Source: a virus (Duplodnaviria > Heunggongvirae > Uroviricota > Caudoviricetes). Taken from it: DNA of 64,000 nt. This document shows positions 60,458 to 64,000 of the stretch, one piece after another (the first letter of the stretch is position 1; every line of letters starts with the position of its first letter). The stretch is taken from IMG/VR virus record IMGVR_UViG_3300042401_002002. One strand, 5' to 3'. Under the pieces are notes generated by a model. That model searched no databases. It saw nothing but the letters and a program-made list of their open reading frames with translations, and had not been told where the DNA came from. The position numbers and the translations under genes were made by a program.

Positions 60458-60579
60458 TGAAACTTAAAATAACATATTACGATAGACAATATTCTTTAAT
60501 ATTAACTTGTACAGTAGATACCAGCAATAAACTTGAACTAAAGTACAACAAAAACAGACTTTTTATCTTTAATAGATAA
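60457..60579 (+). CDS. solitary MKL micro-ORF
   Basis: MKLKITYYDRQYSLILTCTVDTSNKLELKYNKNRLFIFNR; TAATG overlap with the upstream gene. Confidence 0.78.
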   Translation: MKLKITYYDRQYSLILTCTVDTSNKLELKYNKNRLFIFNR

Positions 60580-60613
60580 AACTTTAAACTAAAAACAATA
60601 ATCAATTTTTAAT

Positions 60614-61672
60614 ATGACTGATAAAATCGAAAAAGTTTCGACATCACTTTCAAATCTTAAATCAAAAGACTTCACATTTTATTTTTTCATTGTTGAAGAA
60701 CAAAATGTTAACGCAGGTGTACTTGAAGTTTACAATCAAGCTAATGTTTTAAGAAAACTAGGTTACAATGTAACAATGATTACTGATGACGAATACAAAA
60801 CACCTTTATTTTTAGATGATGAATTACAAACTATTCAAACAAAAAAATCTAGTGAAAATATCACAGTAAAACCAGAAGATTTTTTAATTATCCCTGAGAT
60901 TTTCACAAACGTTTTAGACCAAACTAGAAAGTATAACTGTAATAAAATTTTATTATTCCAATCATATAGTAATGCATTAAGAGGGTTACTACCAGGTTTC
61001 TCTTGGTTACAAGAATACGGTATTACACAAATTATCACTACGAATGATAACCTAACTAATTTTGTTAATAAATTTATGGGTCCTGGGTATGATATTCAAA
61101 AATACACTATTGGAATACCTGATTATTTCAAAAAACCAACACTACCAAAAGATTTAACTATTTCTTACTTATCAAGAAATCCACAAGAAATGGAAATGGT
61201 TATTAAATTATTTTATCTTCAAAATCCCGAATATAAATTTATTACTTTTGAAGATTTAAGAATTAATTCAAAAAGAAAAGATTTTGCTGAAAAACTAAAC
61301 AAATCTATCGGAACAATTTTCATTGATAGAATTAGTAGTTTTGGTACATTACCTCTAGAAGCAATGAAATCACATAACTTTGTTTGTGGTTTAATACCTG
61401 AAATGGTACCTGAATATATTGATGAAAAAAATGGTTTATGGTCATATAACATATTTGATTTACCTGAATTATTAGCTTCATTAATTAGTAGTTTTATTCA
61501 AGATAAAATTCCACAAGAATTCTACGATAAAATGGATGAAACTGTAGCTAAATATACACCAGAAATTAGTGAAAATAGTATCAAAAATGTTTATGAATAT
61601 TTTATTAATAAAAGAATAAATAATTTTGAAGACGCACTAAAAGAACTTAACGAAAGTGAAACACAGAACTAA
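60614..61672 (+). CDS. GT-B glycosyltransferase
   Basis: LRKLGYNV, IIPE, SSFGTLPLEAM. Confidence 0.75.
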   Translation: MTDKIEKVSTSLSNLKSKDFTFYFFIVEEQNVNAGVLEVYNQANVLRKLGYNVTMITDDEYKTPLFLDDELQTIQTKKSSENITVKPEDFLIIPEIFTNVLDQTRKYNCNKILLFQSYSNALRGLLPGFSWLQEYGITQIITTNDNLTNFVNKFMGPGYDIQKYTIGIPDYFKKPTLPKDLTISYLSRNPQEMEMVIKLFYLQNPEYKFITFEDLRINSKRKDFAEKLNKSIGTIFIDRISSFGTLPLEAMKSHNFVCGLIPEMVPEYIDEKNGLWSYNIFDLPELLASLISSFIQDKIPQEFYDKMDETVAKYTPEISENSIKNVYEYFINKRINNFEDALKELNESETQN

Positions 61673-61695
61673 TTTTAAATTAATTAAAACAAAAT

Positions 61696-62505
61696 ATGTC
61701 AAATAACATAAACGTAGTAATACCAATCCATGAATTTAATCAAGAAATTGATAGACCATATTTAGAAAAAGCTCTAAACTCTGTAACTAATTCAGAAACC
61801 AAACCTGAAAAACTTACACTGGTTTTAACTAAAGAATTAGAATACTACAATATTGATGATTTAATTAAAGAACACAATATTAATATTCTTAATAACAACT
61901 CAGGTAAGACCGACTTTCCAAGTCAAATCAATTTCTTTGCCAAACAAAATGCAACTGAGTATTTTTTAATCTTAGAATTAGATGATGAATTATCTGAAAA
62001 AGCTATCACACACTTTGAAACTTACTCAAACGCTTACGGTCAAAAAGTACAAAATTTTATACCTATTATAGCTGATGCAACAATTGATGACCAATTAATT
62101 GCTTACAGAAATATTGAAGTGTTTAGTAAATCAGTATTCCAAGATGACAATATAGGTATGTTAAACAATAGAATCCTTCAAGAATACCACTTATTCAATA
62201 CAAGTGGTGGGTTATTTAACACTAGTGCATTTAACGAAATAGGTGGTTTCAAATCTTCGTTAAACATTGCTTTTATTTATGAATATTTCTTAAGAGCAAC
62301 ATCTAATGACCAACAATTTATGGTTATTCCTAAAGTTTCATTAATTCACAGAAACAATAGAGAAGGTTCTTTCTTAAAATCACTTAATGATAGACATATC
62401 AGTAAAGAAGAGGTTGGTTTTTATTACGAAAAAGCCAAGGTGGAATATTTTTTCACGAAAGAACGTGATTTAGTGTATTCTGGATTAGTTGAAGAAGTTA
62501 AATAA
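61696..62505 (+). CDS. GT2 glycosyltransferase
   Basis: NVVIPIH, LELDD, FNEIGGFK. Confidence 0.75.
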   Translation: MSNNINVVIPIHEFNQEIDRPYLEKALNSVTNSETKPEKLTLVLTKELEYYNIDDLIKEHNINILNNNSGKTDFPSQINFFAKQNATEYFLILELDDELSEKAITHFETYSNAYGQKVQNFIPIIADATIDDQLIAYRNIEVFSKSVFQDDNIGMLNNRILQEYHLFNTSGGLFNTSAFNEIGGFKSSLNIAFIYEYFLRATSNDQQFMVIPKVSLIHRNNREGSFLKSLNDRHISKEEVGFYYEKAKVEYFFTKERDLVYSGLVEEVK

Positions 62506-62617
62506 TTAAACAAAGTTCATAAGTATATATTTTTTCTTAAAAACTAAATAATCTTTTGTAAAAATTAGGTTATTTAGTTTTTTTGTTTTATAATTGTAAA
62601 TAATAATAAAAATTATA

Positions 62618-62866
62618 ATGAAACCTAACTTAACAAATTCTGAACTATTAAACATTACCGAAAATAAAAGATTAGATATTCTTTTTACTGAAAGAATTTA
62701 CACAGATTATTATCCTATAATTACTGAAAATAACAAACAAAAGAAATTTGGTAAAATCTGTGATGTTAATCTAAACTTCAATATCCAAGATAACCAAACC
62801 GAAACTATACAAAATGTTCTTATTGAAAAATACGGACTAATTGATAAATTTTATTTCATTAAATAA
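62618..62866 (+). CDS. hypothetical protein
   Basis: 82 aa. Confidence 0.5.
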   Translation: MKPNLTNSELLNITENKRLDILFTERIYTDYYPIITENNKQKKFGKICDVNLNFNIQDNQTETIQNVLIEKYGLIDKFYFIK

Positions 62867-62868
62867 CC

Positions 62869-63096
62869 ATGCAAACACTACTACAACATAACCTAATTAT
62901 AGGTTTATTAATCTTATCATCTGTACTATCAAGTTTCATTGATATAATTTTAGGGTTTTCTGTCAGAAGATTAATCGTGAAATATAAATTAAAAACATTT
63001 ATTGAAATATTTTCTACAGCTTTTGCTACTACTAGAAATATCATCTTAATAGGTTTTGTTATTTTATTATTAATTGGAAAAATAAATATTATTTAA
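62869..63096 (+). CDS. small 2-TM membrane protein
   Basis: Two hydrophobic helices. Confidence 0.55.
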   Translation: MQTLLQHNLIIGLLILSSVLSSFIDIILGFSVRRLIVKYKLKTFIEIFSTAFATTRNIILIGFVILLLIGKINII

Positions 63097-63203
63097 AAAT
63101 AATTAAGTTTTTATTTGGTTTATTCATTTTTATTTCTTATTTTACAGACAGTTCAAAATAAGGACTTTTTAACCTAAAATATATTTTTCACTTTTAATTT
63201 TTA

Positions 63204-64000
63204 ATGGAAAACCAAAATACAAACATTGATGTTCAGGATACTATCAATAACATTGCACTACCACCTAAAGTAGACAAAGGTGCGTTATCTAGACGTGGCA
63301 GAAAAAAACAATTAAATCACTATTGGACTGAAGACACTGAAAAGGCTGTAATAGCTTATATCGAAACTACTGAAAGAGGTTTAAGAAATGAAATATACAC
63401 AAAATATTTACACGAGACAATTAATAAATTAATTGATGGGTTGATTCAAAAATATGCATCAGGAAATAAACGACACATAGGACATTGCGGTTTAGAAGAA
63501 TTAAGAGCCAGAATGTATCTACAAGTATTTAATTCAATTGAAGGTTTCGATAAAAATTTAGTAGGTAAAAACGGTACACCTGTTAGAGCTTATTCATATT
63601 TAGGTACAATAGCAAATAACTTTTTAAAAAACCACTCAAAAACAAGTTATAAATTAGAATCAAAAAATGACAACATTGATTCATATAATACATCTTACCT
63701 AGATGAACAAATTAAAGAGGAACATTACAAAACCAGAGACCCTGACGAAGTAGATGCTATTGATTTAATTATCGAACATACCATAGATGCTTTAAAAAAA
63801 GAAGTTAAATCAAATATTACATTAAAAGAAATTGACATAAAAATAGCGAATGCAATTATTGTTATTCTTGAAAATTTTGAATACTACTTTACAGAACCAA
63901 CTGAAAATTCAGAACCACTAGAATATACTAAACGTGGTAAGATTAAAAAACCTAAATTTACTAACTCTTATACAAAAAATAAAGTTTTCTTTATCCTTAA
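63204..64000 (+). CDS. phage sigma factor (gp55-like late sigma), 3'-truncated by the window
   Basis: Open to the window end; YWTEDTEKAVIAY...RNEIY...FD...RAYSYLGTIANNFL resembles sigma region 2. Confidence 0.65.
   Translation, partial: MENQNTNIDVQDTINNIALPPKVDKGALSRRGRKKQLNHYWTEDTEKAVIAYIETTERGLRNEIYTKYLHETINKLIDGLIQKYASGNKRHIGHCGLEELRARMYLQVFNSIEGFDKNLVGKNGTPVRAYSYLGTIANNFLKNHSKTSYKLESKNDNIDSYNTSYLDEQIKEEHYKTRDPDEVDAIDLIIEHTIDALKKEVKSNITLKEIDIKIANAIIVILENFEYYFTEPTENSEPLEYTKRGKIKKPKFTNSYTKNKVFFIL

Noticed and set aside
1-64000. tRNA/rRNA genes, reverse transcriptase/DGR, integron integrase
   Set aside because: No cloverleaf, rRNA-like GC-rich segment, RT (YxDD) gene, TR/VR pair or tyrosine recombinase was recognised by eye in this window

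Overview
Very AT-rich, gene-dense DNA that reads as part of a large (jumbo, probably T4-like myovirus) bacteriophage genome. The host is most likely in Bacteroidota: TAnnTTTG/-33 TTTG promoter boxes are present, Shine-Dalgarno motifs are essentially absent, and there is an Hc1-like histone gene. Core phage genes: DNA primase, DnaB/gp41-like helicase, 5'-3' exonuclease, SNF2/HARP helicase, PhoH, baseplate/virion proteins, a vWA protein and a partial gp55-like sigma factor. Accessory genes: a glf + methyltransferase + glycosyltransferase island, two solo TnpB-like nucleases, an IS607 element and a DUF723-repeat homing endonuclease. The main finding falls below the 60-aa cutoff of the ORF track. 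The apparent intergenic gaps hold about 53 tandem micro-ORFs, mostly 34-58 aa, in 11 clusters (largest 35188-37290, 18 units). They share a fixed N-terminus (MKL-x-I) and C-terminus (N-x-L/I-x-I-Y/F-x-R-stop) around a hypervariable core, and most are chained by an AGATGAAA stop/start overlap. The second finding is a two-gene integron-like cassette (21065-21935) between two attC-like hairpins with exchanged core sites and a built-in promoter, with no integrase in the window. All product names come from motif recognition by eye, not database searches.
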